A stretch of DNA of 64,000 nucleotides from Podarcis cretensis. Taxonomy: Eukaryota. The notes under the pieces are model-generated. The model saw nothing but the letters and a program-made list of their open reading frames with translations, did no database searches and was not told where the DNA came from. Below are positions 50,011-62,544 of the stretch, piece by piece (the stretch's first letter is position 1; every line of letters starts with the position of its first letter). Location: assembly GCA_951804945.1 (NCBI GenBank), contig OX638149.1, positions 95,356,001 through 95,420,000 on the forward strand. The letters run 5' to 3'. Made by a program: the position numbers and the translations under genes.

Positions 50011-50645
50011 CAATTCAAAGTGCTGGTGTTAACCTTTAAAGCCCTAAATAAAGACATATATATTGGTCCAGGTTAATTTAGGGCAAGGGGTATCCAACAT
50101 GTTTTGGACCACAACTTCCCCCAATCCCATTCAGCATGGCCAATAGTCAGGAATGCTAGGAGATGCTGTGGTCGAAACATCTGGAGGGCATCACATTGGC
50201 TATCCCTGATTTACAGAATGCTTTCTCCCACAGAAGACACTATCCCCTAGAATGCACAGACATCATCTGAGGAGGTGGGATTGCTCCAAGTCCCATTGTT
50301 AGCAAATGTTAGGTGGTAGTTACAAGCAGCGGGACCTTTTCTGTAGCAGCCCCCTACTGTGGAACTCTCTCTCCCCTAAAGCCTGCTTTGGCAGCTCTGC
50401 ACTGCTTCTTACATTGTTAGTGAAACGTTTGGGATCTGAGACCTAAAATGGTTAGGTAGCTTGGGATTCCGACTCACTAAAGCTAATTTTTATATTGTTT
50501 GCTGTTGTTTTTGTCTAGAAGACTCCAATTTATAAAGTTGATACTTGGGGCGTTTTACAGTAGTTTTACTGTTATTTCTACATAATGTTGCATGCTGCCT
50601 TGCAGGCTTTGTTTGGTGGGATTCAATTTTTTTAAAAATAAGTAA
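50011..50645 (+). mobile_element. L2 LINE 3' fragment with a nested hAT-like MITE (50084-50208)
   Basis: Translates QFKVLVLTFKALN at 50011 and TFSVAAP/LWNSL at about 50335-50373, both L2 ORF2 C-terminal motifs. The MITE is flanked by atttaggg / atttacag. Confidence 0.75.
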
Positions 50646-51829
50646 GTACAAACTTTAGAGGAATGCAGGAAAAAGCTTTGAACTTTGGAAAATCTAGAAG
50701 GTTGAGTTTAGAAACAGGGTATAACAAGAAGCAGTTCCTTCTTAGGCAAACAAGTTAAACAGCTTCCAACAGAGTTATTTCCATGACTCAAGAAAAGAGC
50801 ATTAGCTTCTGTCTACATTCCAAAATAGCACAAATAAGCACGCATCATACCCTGCCACACAGTGAATTTTGCACAAGGTAGCAGAAGCTCTCCCAGATGT
50901 TTTTCCTGGGATGGCAGACTACTAGGGCTAAAAGAGATTAACCAACTGTGAAGATGGGCAAAGCTAGAGCACTACCAGACTCAAGAGAATAAAAAAAGAT
51001 TCCAGCAAGACATGAATCTGCACAGTTGCTTGTATATTGTGAAATCAGACTGTGCACATTCTACAAGCTTCTGAAGAAAACCCAGCATCACTTTTCCCAA
51101 CTCCCACAATTTCTGCTTTTTGCTTTGAAACAAGAGGGAGGATGCCTGAGCAAAGAACCCTCACAGAAACAACTGAGCCTCAGGACAAATAATTAAAAAG
51201 TTAAGCCAACTTGTCCTCCCTGTTCCACTATCTTCTGCCCACACACACTACTGGAACTGGAAAAAATTATGATAAATATAATAAATCAAGAATGAGAGGA
51301 TGGGGGGGGGGGGGGGGTTTGATGTAAAAGCATCCACTATTGGTCACTTTCTGCTAGCTATTCCGCTAACTGTATTCTGGCAACGTGCTGCTCACCTGCT
51401 CAGCAGGATCACATATAAAAAGAAATCCAACCCAACCAATGAATATGTGCACTCCAGTTGTACACTTAGGCCTATGTTGTGCAGTAGAACTTAATGCAAC
51501 CTCGTAGGGATCCTTTTTCACCCCAAGTGAGAGCTGCAAGCCAAAAGGGGGCAGGGGGAGGGGAAAAAAAGAAATGCAATACCAACAGTAGCTGTATAGA
51601 TCCAAGAGCTGGTAGTTCCATTTTCCAGACTGTAGTACAAGGAGACTGGAATGCCCCCAACAACACATTTCTTCACCTAAGAAAGCAGCATACATGTTGT
51701 AGCACTGGGGTTATATGGACACCCCACCCTGGGTGTATATGAAAAGATGTGCCTTGCCCACAGAAAGTGCAACAGGGCAATTCCCAAACATATTTCAATA
51801 AGCTCACCATTATGCATAATGAAGCATTG

Positions 51830-52027
51830 GGTTCATTCCCCTCACAAAGCTACAATTCCCAGAGTTATTTAACAATCAGTCCCTCTTTCTCAGAGCACTC
51901 TGGAACAACTCTTAAGTCTGTGAGGTGAACAAGGGTCTCCTGGCAACTCTCAGCACCCTTAAGAAACTACAGTTCCCAGGATTCTTTGGAGGAAGCCATT
52001 AGCATTTCAAGTGATGCGGCAGGGCTT
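51830..52027 (+). repeat. Interspersed repeat; partial copy at about 6325-6410
   Basis: Shared cagcacccttaa-aaactacag-ccca-gattctttgg. Confidence 0.6.
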
Positions 52028-54143
52028 TAAATGGATGGTGCAGATGATGCCTTATGCAACAAGTCACACAGATACACAAACATGCCTCATTGGGAGGCAG
52101 TATTTGGAAAAACACAGCTCTTCCAAAACATTACACTTCTTTAGACTGTACAGCACCCTCAGTCTTGCCAACCCTTCTCATATAAATCTTTCAGCATTCA
52201 CAGATGTAGTTATTAAAGAGAACATCATCTTTTCCAGTTATTCCTAATGCCATTTATTTTGAGTCAGCATTTTCCATTTAGTCTGGGTTGTTTTGTTTTT
52301 TTACAAAAACCACAGACTTCAGCCACTACAATTGTCTTCATTATTATTATTTATTTGTAAATTTAACAAAGAAGGGAAACAAAAAAGAAATTTTAAAAAA
52401 CGAAGGGAGAAAAAAGAGGCACTATATAAACAACAACAATAATAATTAAAAACACTGTCAGTTCACATTAAGGATACCTAGATCATTAAGTCATTATAGT
52501 CTTTCCACCATCCCTCCAGTTTGCTTCCTGTCTTCACACACACCCTTGTTTTTCATGCTCTCAGCAGGGGCTAAGAAATGACTGGAATTAATTTAGCAGT
52601 TGGCAAAAAGCAGGCGTCCAACCCTTCCCCTTCTAGACTCTCGAGTTTTGTGACCTTTGCACATGTTAAAGATGAAGGCTTTCCTTAGCAAAATTATTCA
52701 GTCCCTCCTTTTCTGCAGGCAAAAAGCTTCAAATAACCTGTGAGTGTTCTGACCATTTTTTCCTTCTTGGTCAGATGACTAAAAGTACTGAATTTTCATG
52801 AAGGCCATGGAAGCTTTCATTAAGGCAACTTCACAACAAAGTGCTATACACTAACCATAAGCCGCTTATGTCTTAAACAGGAAAACACGAAACTATGCAG
52901 AGGTGTGCTTTTACATTCCACCTCAGCCTTCAACATGTTAACTTGACTTAACAGGGCATGTATGTCAACCCATGTGAATATAAGCTTGCTGTTCCACTTC
53001 AAGCTCATGCCACTTTAATTCAATGAGTCTTTAAAGCGCCACTGCACTCGTTGCCCTAACCACCCACTCGGGCCCCTAAAAAAAGAAACAAAAGTGGGGA
53101 AAGCAGTGGATGCCTTTATAAACTCTTTAAGTGTGTGTTATTGCCACTTCCTGAAGAACCAAAATTTACAGGACTGGATGCTCACTGGGAGAACAAGGAA
53201 CATCATAGATTCTTGTCTGCACATCTCTCACACACCCCAAGTAAACCATAATCTGTTTATTCCCAGCATTCATTTTTTAAAAAAGGATATGTGCCTAGCA
53301 TTTGAAGAGTCAGATATATGGGGCAAAAATGTACAAACACTATTCTCCTTTCTGTGTGAGAAACCAGACTGCTCCCCCTTTTCAATTTTTGGGTCCCCCT
53401 TGCCCATACCAGAAAAAAATATTGCAGACACCCATGTCAGGAGTCCTGTGGAAGACCTCTCTCATATCCTTGGACAAGTGACCACATGAACAAGCAGTAG
53501 CAGAGCTGTCAGCTGTAGAAGGTGGAACCATCCAATGCAAAAACACACAGGGGCCTGTCAAAGACCCAAAGGTCCAAGGCATAGGGAGTGGCTGGAGCAG
53601 CAAGGGACCCCTTGACCCTACAAAGAGAAAGCTGTTAAACCACCTCAAAATACCAATATCACACATTCGTTGTTTTAAACCTAGGGAGAGCAAGCCCTGC
53701 CCTATTATGGGCCAAGCCAAATGGGATATTCAGTCACGTTGCCCCTGTCATTCCTCTTCTCCCACCCCGCCAAAAAATATAAATAAATTACAGAACAAAT
53801 ATCACGGGAGGCTGCTCTCTGCAGCGTAAACTGCCATGGAAGCAGCTCATTTGCCTGTTCCCAACACGGTGCATTCTGCACTACATGGGGAAACATCCTA
53901 CCAGATGCATGTAAGAGATCAATTGTTGGGATTAGCAGGAAAAATTATCTTCGTGGGGGGAAAGCACCAGGGATGGAGGTGGTGGGGAGAGGGGAAAAAA
54001 GAGAGGGTGTGAATGCATCACAGGGCTCAGAGGAATCTGCAGCCTCAGAATGTTGCACAGCAGTGGGCCACACCACCCTTTGCCTCAGCACCGCCATCCA
54101 AAGTTGCTAGATGTGCTTAAGAGCACAAAAGGAAATCAACAGT

Positions 54144-54345
54144 TGGGGAAGGAGTGTAGCTTAGTGGCAGAGCTCCTTCCTTGCATGCAGAAGGTCCCAG
54201 TTTCAATCCCCGGATCTCCATTAACTAGGCAGGACTAGAAAAGACTCTTTTGAGACCCTAAAGAGCTGCTCCCAATTAAGCGCAGGCAGGACCAAGCTAA
54301 ATGGGCCAATGTTTTGATTTGGTATAAGGCAACTTTTGATGTCTC
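54144..54345 (+). mobile_element. Old tRNA(Ala)-like SINE (Squam2-like); partial inverted copy at about 63895-63985
   Basis: gtagcttagtggcagagc...ttgcatgcagaaggtcccagtttcaatcccc head followed by a non-tRNA body and a CR1-like tail. Confidence 0.75.
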
Positions 54346-55873
54346 TGTGTAACAGGTTAAGCCTCTGTGCCTCATCATTTCCCACACATTCTGCCTTTCC
54401 CCCCTAACTTGAATGCCCAGCATAAATGCAGCAGGTTCATCGAATCCATATATTTACAGATAAGAACAGCTTACACGATAAATGTACAGCTGTTATAACC
54501 TGAGCCAGGACTGGAAGCGAGAATGTCTGGGGAAGGGAGTGAGTGGGAGGCAAGGAGAAAAAGTTAAGGATTCTGCTGAAATCTCCCTGCTTTTTGACAA
54601 GCCGGAAGAAAGAGTCAACTAATATGCTAAACAGCATGCCTTACTGAGATGACTGGATTTCAATAATCCAAAAGGGATGAGCAAACAAGGGGTCATAATA
54701 AGCAGAAACAGAGATCTATTTATTTTGCACCCGTCATCTTTGTGCAAATTGTGAATTTCTTTCACAACTTTGCTGACTAGGAAGTTTGATTTTTTTTCCC
54801 TCTTCCCTTGGAAAGGAAAGTATATGGGTCACAAGGATTTCTATACTCAAGGAAGTCTCCTTTGCTGCTCCAACCATCCTAGATGCATCCAAACAATACT
54901 TTGCAGTATACTGAAAATAATAGTTGGATTATCAGTTCAGCTGCCAAAATGGTCTTTTGGGTTTTCAGAGTTAAAAAAAGTTGGTGCATGCAACAGGAAT
55001 TCACTACTTGGAGGGGCTTTGTATATACACAGCTCATGTCTTTTTAGTGCTGCTGCCAAATTCATTCAGATGCTGAACAGTTGCTTTCCCTTTTTATAGG
55101 CTTTGGACATGAATGGAATAGCGATTCCTGTGCTACCAGGATGGCGCTTTAGTGCTTTTCTCATCAATTAAAAAAACAAAGATTTAATCCTTCCCGCTAT
55201 GTTCATGCTATCTTCAATCTAATGCCAGCAGTGCAATACCACATTCCCGTATTGGGGAAAACAGCTCTGCTGCTACTGCTTGCATCTATTTCTTTACTAA
55301 ACAGGATTAAATGAGCATTTGAACATGCACATCCAGCACAAAGTTATTTTAAACCGCAAATTTCAAGTAAAGGTTTCAGAAATCAGAGGTTAATACAGGG
55401 GGAAAGAGCAGCTTAGCTGATCTGAAAAAAGGAACAAAAACATGCTAGATGAGCACATTCGGAAATACAGTATCACTTAGTCAGCACATGCACATGTTTT
55501 AAGATGATGCCTTAATTAAGGAGAGAGGTTTCAACATCAACAGTGATTACTCAGCTGATAGCCATTTTAAAAAAGCATGTGACAGTTGCATGATTTCATT
55601 CCACATGGCAGTGCCAGATGGGATCTAAGAACTGCCTTTTTTATCAACAACAATATATAGCGCATACTGTTCAAGTAGAATGTGAAGACTCTTCCCAACT
55701 AATGAGTCCCAACTACACAGGAGAGGAGAAAATATATCCAGAGTCATTCGTTAACCAGCAGTGGAGGAGCAAGGGGGCACAGAAAGGGCAAGTATATTTC
55801 AATCTAGATGGATGAGTTGTGACCCACATGTTTAGAACTGGTTCATAAGGGACAACTGCATATTCTTGCATAT

Positions 55874-55916
55874 CCTCAGGGTTCCTTCCAACTTTTATGA
55901 TCCTATGATTTCTGAT
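55874..55916 (+). mobile_element. Degenerate CR1 3' terminus
   Basis: ggttccttccaacttttatgatcctatgatttctgatt, the reverse-complement counterpart of 5037-5070. Confidence 0.6.
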
Positions 55917-57323
55917 TTTGCCTGGTAGCTCAGTAGAGCTGGCAAGCAAAAGGTGTGCCTGCTAAGCAGAAGCTGCAGCCCAAGATCCAGGGATACCACC
56001 TATGTATTCTTCCCTGTCATATCCACAGAGTTAATAGAAAGTATGCAAGCAGACAGCTGACATTTAAGCTTCACTTACAGCTTTAGAAATGACTGTTCTT
56101 TTTTTGGGGGGCAGTTAGCTTTGCAGGATGTGCCTTAGAAGCACATTCTCAAAGTCCAAAACTGCTCCACTGTCACCTTGCCTTAGAATCAGGACTACTG
56201 ATCAGGGATGCACACATACAAATGTGTTTCCCAGTACTGTACCAATCATCCAAGCAAAAACTCTGGACTGCATTGCTTTCAATGGAAACTGTATTTGGAG
56301 GTGCATCCTTCCGAAACCAACACACTGCAGACAGACAGCATATGTGGATTCTCATCATCTCTGCACTGAAAGTAGCACACATTTGCATGTATAAATCATA
56401 AACAAGTGATGTTTATATACCATATACTGGTATCATCTATCTCCAAACTAAACCCCAGGCCTGCAAATTATCTATTAGGTGAAAAGAAGGGGTTCCAGAA
56501 GGTATGAAACTCTCCTTGTACCCTTAAGTAGGTATATAACCTGTTCTTGCATATCATGTGAAAGGGGCGATAAGTCATTGTGTTAATTCTGGAAAAATCC
56601 AGTATCCATCACTCTTGCTCACATCTGCTCTGGCTTCACATCACTTGGGCAATATGTGGTTAAGTGGTTAATTTTTTGGCCACTACTTTTTTTTTAATTT
56701 TTAGGCAAGCAAGGGGAAGTTCCCCTGCCCTCCCCCTGAGCTGTTAGTGGCATTCTGTTGCATTATTACAGGGATGGGCAACAGACAGATCCCAGCAGGA
56801 ATACCAACTCCTGACTTTTTACAAAGGGCATTAGGCAAAAGCAATGGGAGGATGGGAGAGGGGAGCTGAAGAAGAGATGCGTGCAGGATGGGGGTGGTGT
56901 CAAACAGACTCCATAAACCCCTAGAGGGAATAAGGCTGATGTCCCCCAAGACACGTGCATCAGAAGCAGAAGAAAGACTGCTAAACTATTGGAACTCCCA
57001 AGCACAAAGAATATCTTCAAAATCTAATGCACATAGTGGAAGCCGCCCCGCTACAACTAGCAACAAACAACAGGACTCCACTTCCTGCTGTTCATGTCAG
57101 TCCTTATTACATCAGAGGGACCTAAATCTTGACCCCACATTTCTGCATGTTAACCCATGTGGCAATAATGGCTAGAAGCATGCCACGCCTAATCCTTGTT
57201 AAGAGGCACTTGGAATGGAATTCAAGTAAAAGGAGGCCAGCAGACCCCAATGCTGGCTCACTTTCTTTTAAAACATGCCTGGGGAATCCATAAATCTATG
57301 CCGCTAACCAGAAGTGTCACGGG

Positions 57324-57687
57324 TAGGGAGGAATAAATCTGTCCATTTCAGTCTCTCGTTTTTCCAATCTCACTGCTCAGTCCAGTACATATTTCCACAC
57401 CAGGTTTTCAAAAGTCTCAATGAAAATGCATCAGTATTTCAGCATGTGTTTCTCCTGCTATATTCAGTTTTGAAAGCCATCTTCCCTATTGTGTGCTGTT
57501 TTTTATGCGCACCTCCCCCCTCAAAAAGCCACATTTTTGTACACAACCTTTGGTTGGAGAAGTACATTAAGAAAATTCGAAGGAACGTGAATTTTGAAGG
57601 ATAGCTGCATCTCAGTTTGGATATTGTTTCGGAAAGCATGAATTCGTATGAAAATGTGAAACAACGCAAGTTTCTCCCCATCCCTAG
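57324..57687. mobile_element. Old DNA-transposon-like element
   Basis: Ends TAGGGAGG... and ...CCCATCCCTA form an imperfect TIR. Confidence 0.4.
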
Positions 57688-60600
57688 TCATGAGTCAGAA
57701 AACACACACACGGTTATATGTATCAAAATGCAGTAGCCATAAAGAGAGAGATGCTGAGGGAAAGAAAAAGACTTGTAAAAAGCCTGGTCAGTCTGTTGAC
57801 CTTCTTTGTATCTGCTGGAACTAAGAAATTGCTTCTTTGGGAAGCTTATGAGAATGAAAGAGAGAGAGAAACAGAGAAATCTAGCTGAATATATTTTCCC
57901 ATCTGTCCTCTTACAATGTATTTGGAGCATTTAACACATATTTAAACACAGCTCCTAAGCATCTTTTGGAAAGAGAAAAACTCAAGGCTATAAAACATAA
58001 TAACTAGCTACAATTGACTAATAGGAATTTGGAAAACAGAACCAAAATGTGTCTTAGGGTAGGGAGAGGTTCCTGCCCTAGAAGGCTGAATTTGTCCTGT
58101 CAAAAGCTTCCCTCTCTCCTCGAATCAGAATATTAACTAAGTACATATTATTTAAGTGAATTATACAGTGCAGAAAATTGTGTTGAATCTGCATTAGAAA
58201 CGGAATGCTTATTAATGATGGTGGATAACCTCTTAGTTATAAGGTTCTGAAATTCATGCCACAATGATAAATTATAAGTTATACTAAACAATAAATTTAT
58301 AGGTCAAACAAAATACAGCACCCTCCTACCTTAATGCATATTTCTTATGGGCTAAGCTTATAAAATGCTGATAAATGGGGAAAATACTAATATAGAAACT
58401 GAGATGGGAGCACATGGGGATATAGTTCTAACAATTCAAAGAGGCAATTGCAAAAGCCTTCTCAGTTATGATTCTTACTATTAAACCATTATCACTCTTG
58501 CAGTTCTAGACTACACACATTTACTCAGAGGTTAGCTCCACTGTGTTGAATGTGGCTTGCTACTAAATAAGAGTGCATGGGATTGCAGCCTTATTGCGTG
58601 ACATACCACACAATCCTCCAAAGGTCTACTGTACAAGTGCAACCAAGATGAAACTTCAGGATCACTTCCAGTTTCCAACCTGTTTCTGAGCAAAAGGGAG
58701 CAATCCTTACAAAGAATCTAAAAGGCATTTGACCCGGAAAGAGTCAAGAGTTCAGCAGTGAAGGAGGACAGCTTGTCTGAACTGCACCCCTTCTCCAGAG
58801 ACCTCAAAATCTACAAGGATTCAAATGCATCAGCAACACATCAAGCATAAAGAATGTGTTGCTAATTGTTTGGATCCTGATCTCTAAAGCAGACAACTAG
58901 TGCCAAGAGACTGCATCACAAAAGTTGCAAGAGGCAGGAACTCTAGCTGAGAATGTTTCAATCGTAATGAGCAAACTAAACCACACAAAAATAACATGGC
59001 TACCCCTCTGGAGAGAGAAAAGATTTTGTAACATTTGGGGCTTTCCTCCCCATTCAAACATTCCTCCCCCTGCTCTACTACTGTGTGTAATTTTTGCAGA
59101 ATTTTCTAAATTATAAGATATGGCTGAACTCTGATAGCAGGGGGAGTTTGCTGTTCTCCTTTGTGGTTACATTCCTTTAAATTATTTTGGATCGTCCTCA
59201 ACTGATTCCAAATCATACCCTTTTGTTGTTGCCCCTATTATCATAACCATTTCCTCATAAAGTGCATGAATTATCTTATTTTACTTGCATGAAATATAGC
59301 ATTGACATGATTCAACACTCCATGTGGCTTAAGATTCATTCCCCAATGTACGGGCTACTTTCATCCACAAACCACACTGTCTCCTTTTGACTTGCACTGC
59401 AATTAAACATACTGAATCACTCCTGGGAAAGCTTCCAGGCATCCAAGTCATCATATGCTAGCTATAAAACATGCTTTCACCTTCCTTCGCCATAGTAAAA
59501 AGAATATTATATGAGCCCTGTAAATTCACAATCAAAAGCACTATCCATCCTGAGATGGGCCCACCAGCTTGCAGAACTTTGCAGATATATCTTATTTCCA
59601 GATTCTCTGATCTGCACATAATTTTTAAGCTGCCTCGCTGCTGCTGATTGCTTTTGCAAAGTTTCTGGATTCTCCTCAGGGTGTTCTTGTCCTTCTGGGT
59701 TTGTCTGCCACAGAGTTTAATGACTGCCAGAGTTCAATTTGGCACTCGAGTAGCTAAAACGGTGGAGGTGGTTTCGATCAGCTGCTTCTGCTATTCACAT
59801 CCAATTCAAGGAGCAGCGTAAAGAAAGAAGAGCAGTGCCCCAAAAGGATGGCTCTAAATCAGGTGTGGGGAACCTTTGGCCCTCCAGAAGTGAACTACAA
59901 CTCCCAAGAGCCCCAATAGGCATAGCCAATGGCAAGGGATGATCAGACTACCCTTTGCAGTAGGCAAAACCCAGGACAGAATATCCCAAAAATCTCCTCC
60001 GAAAAAAGAGGAACCTTTATTATGCCTACCTGAAGAGAGAACCTTCCCAGAAGTGCTCATCTCCCTAGAGAGGCTCACCTGGCCCCTACCACTAATGGCT
60101 TTTCAGTAGTGATGTGGAGTGGAAATTCCCCCAGCCCATTATTTTTCCACATTTCCCCCCTGTTTCCTCAAGTTTATTAGTAACAAGGAATGGATGCCAA
60201 TTGTAAATACAATATTAGGCAAGCTTGGTAGTTTCAGAGTCTTGAGTCCTGTTTACTAAACAAAAGTAAAGTGAATGTGCCAAATTAGATCCCTATTAAG
60301 GGCACCCGAAAATGTTCTGAAGTAAATTGAACGATGACCAAACGAGACAACCTTTGGAGGGACTTACAGGTCTAGGGACTTTGTGAAAAATTTCTTATGT
60401 ATCAGCATTTCCTTAAGCTACTTTGGAAGTTCTTTCAGGTGGAAAACAACTAGCTGCCATAGTTTCAAGTCACTTTTTATTATGACTGAAAATATAATAA
60501 AAATATTTATTAAAAAAAAACACCACAACAGGCCCCATCATGGTGGTAGTGGCACAAGGTGGGGAACAAGTATATTGGGCATGACCCCAAGCCAGCTTTA

Positions 60601-60919
60601 AATCACCTCCCCACCACAGACTATCAGCAGCTGTGAGAGCAACTTGGGATCCAGCAGATCTCAGGCTGACTTACAGAGCCTTCTCCCAGGCTCTACTGGG
60701 AGAAGTCTGCAAGTATCACTTGCCATCAGTAGTAGCTGGTGACATGGGCCGGCTGAAGCAAGTGGCAGGATGCCTCCACTCAATCCAAACGACCCACAGC
60801 CCAGTGTAAATCAGGCGGCGGATTGCAGCCTCATTCAGTCCCTGATGCAAATATTACTTCAGCCACGAACTTAGGCAAGCCAGTGGTCTCTCAACCCAGT
60901 CCCTCTCCTACCATCTACA

Positions 60920-61151
60920 ATAGTCAAAACAAAATAAAAAAAATCCTTCCAGTAGCACCTTAAAGACCAACTAAGTTAGTTCTTGGTATGAGCTTTCGTG
61001 TGCATGCACACTTCTTCTGAAGAAGAAGAAGTGTGCATGCACACGAAAGCTCATACCAAGAACTAACTTAGTTGGTCTTTAAGGTGCTACTGGAAGGAAT
61101 TTTTTAATTTTGTTTTGACTATGGCAGACCAACACGGCTACCTATCTGTAA
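60920..61151. mobile_element. Short Penelope-like element insertion: inverted terminal-repeat segments forming a hairpin, with a hammerhead-core remnant
   Basis: Arms 60920-61017 and 61025-61122 (98 bp, 2 mismatches); 29-nt unpaired tail; 12-bp direct repeat catctacaatag at 60912-60923 and 61152-61163; CTGAAGA...GAAA core. Family assignment from recall. Confidence 0.75.
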
Positions 61152-61180
61152 CATCTACAATAGGAAAAGGATACTGCACT

Positions 61181-61411
61181 GAGAGCCAGTGTGGTGTAGT
61201 GGTTAAGAGCGGTGGACTCATAATCTGGTGAACCGAGTTCATGTCTCCGCACCTCCACATGCAGCTACTGGGTGACCTTGGGCTAGTCACACTCACCTCA
61301 CAGAGTGTTTGTTGTGGGGGAGGAAGTGAAAGGAGATTGTTAGTCGCTCTGAGACTCCTTAAAGGGGAGTGAAAGGCGGGATATCAAGTCCAAACTCCTC
61401 CTCCTCTTCTT
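61181..61411 (+). mobile_element. tRNA/CORE-type SINE (Squam3-like)
   Basis: gagagccagtgtggtgtagtggttaagagc (A box), ctgggtgaccttgggctagtcac (CORE-like) and a (ctc/ctt)n tail. Confidence 0.8.
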
Positions 61412-61652
61412 ATACGGTTGTTAAAAGAATTACAAAGCGAAAGTACATGAAGTGCTTTGAGCATTCAAAATGCACTATATAAAAGGATGAGTTTTCCAAT
61501 TTTTTTATATTTTAGTTAAGAAAGCAAAGAGAAGGATACTCCTGCATTTAGCAGGACTCCAGTCCTCAGTAATGATGTCACATTCAAAGTTCCAAAACAC
61601 CATTCTAACAATAGCAACAGTGCTTCATATTTCTGCTAGAAAACTTCACACA

Positions 61653-61772
61653 CATAATTACATTATTTCTAGCAAAGCTATAGGGTTCTAGCTTAGCAGT
61701 AAATGTGGCACAGCATAATTACATTATTTCTAGCAAAGCTATAGGGTTCTAGCTTAGCAGTAAATGTGGCAC
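61653..61772. repeat. Perfect tandem duplication, 2 x 59 bp with a 2-nt (ag) junction
   Basis: 61653-61711 is identical to 61714-61772. Confidence 0.95.
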
Positions 61773-62170
61773 TAGAAATCCAATGTTTCCAGATGTCAAA
61801 CTGACATCTGGACTAGGGAGAAAAGGAAGCCAAATTGCAAGAAGACAGGTAACACGGTTCCTCTTAAGGAAGCCATTTTCTTTTTCTTTTCTTTTTCATT
61901 TCCTTTGTTGCCACCACTGTAGCTTTCAGTATTTAATCCTTGAAAAGAAGAAATACTGCAGACCTAACATCTGCGGATTCGTGAGTGCCCAGTATGACTC
62001 AGGCTCAGATGACTACTTAAAGGTGGCTCTTGCTACACAGGCCATGGAAAGTATGCTTCATTTTGCAAGACGCTGCAGTGTTGTACGAGTTCACGCTTAC
62101 AGTGATCAAGGCTGAACTGCAAAGTCAGGAAGTTACCACAAAGCCATTTTACCATCGTTCAAGCGGTATA

Positions 62171-62397
62171 CAGTGGTACCTCGGGTTAAGTACTTAATTC
62201 GTTCCGGAGGTCTGTACTTAACCTGAAACTGTTCTTAACCTGAAGCACCACTTTAGCTAATGGGGTCCTCCTGCTGCTGCTGCACCGCCGGAGCACGATT
62301 TCTGTTCTCATCCTGAAGCAAAGTTCTTAACCTGAAGCACAATTTCTGGGTTAGCGGAGTCTGTAACTTGAAGCGTATGTAACGCAAGGTATCACTG
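62171..62397. mobile_element. Tigger/pogo-like MITE, copy f
   Basis: TA|CAGTGGTACCTCGGGTTA ... AGGTATCACTG|TA; same orientation as copy e. Confidence 0.9.
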
Positions 62398-62544
62398 TAT
62401 AAATATTGCGAAATAAAGTAGTATGTATCTCGCTTGCCCGTCCCTTATTTCTGGGATGGTGTACATAAAGCTGTCTGCGTGTATGTGAACATTTTGCAAC
62501 ATGTGAACATGTTGTTTAAAGGATTAAAAAGCTTAAACTCTACC

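Noticed and set aside
60920-61122. The hairpin as a microRNA gene or an active intronic ribozyme cutting ITGB5 pre-mRNA
   Set aside because: The near-perfect arms, flanking direct repeat and second family fragment indicate a mobile element. The core on the ITGB5 strand is mutated (CAGAAGA) and would be sequestered in the long stem.
49128-62001. Several AP-1 motifs (TGACTCA/TGAGTCA) in the large ITGB5 intron as an enhancer cluster
   Set aside because: They are scattered and roughly as frequent as expected by chance for a 7-mer on two strands.
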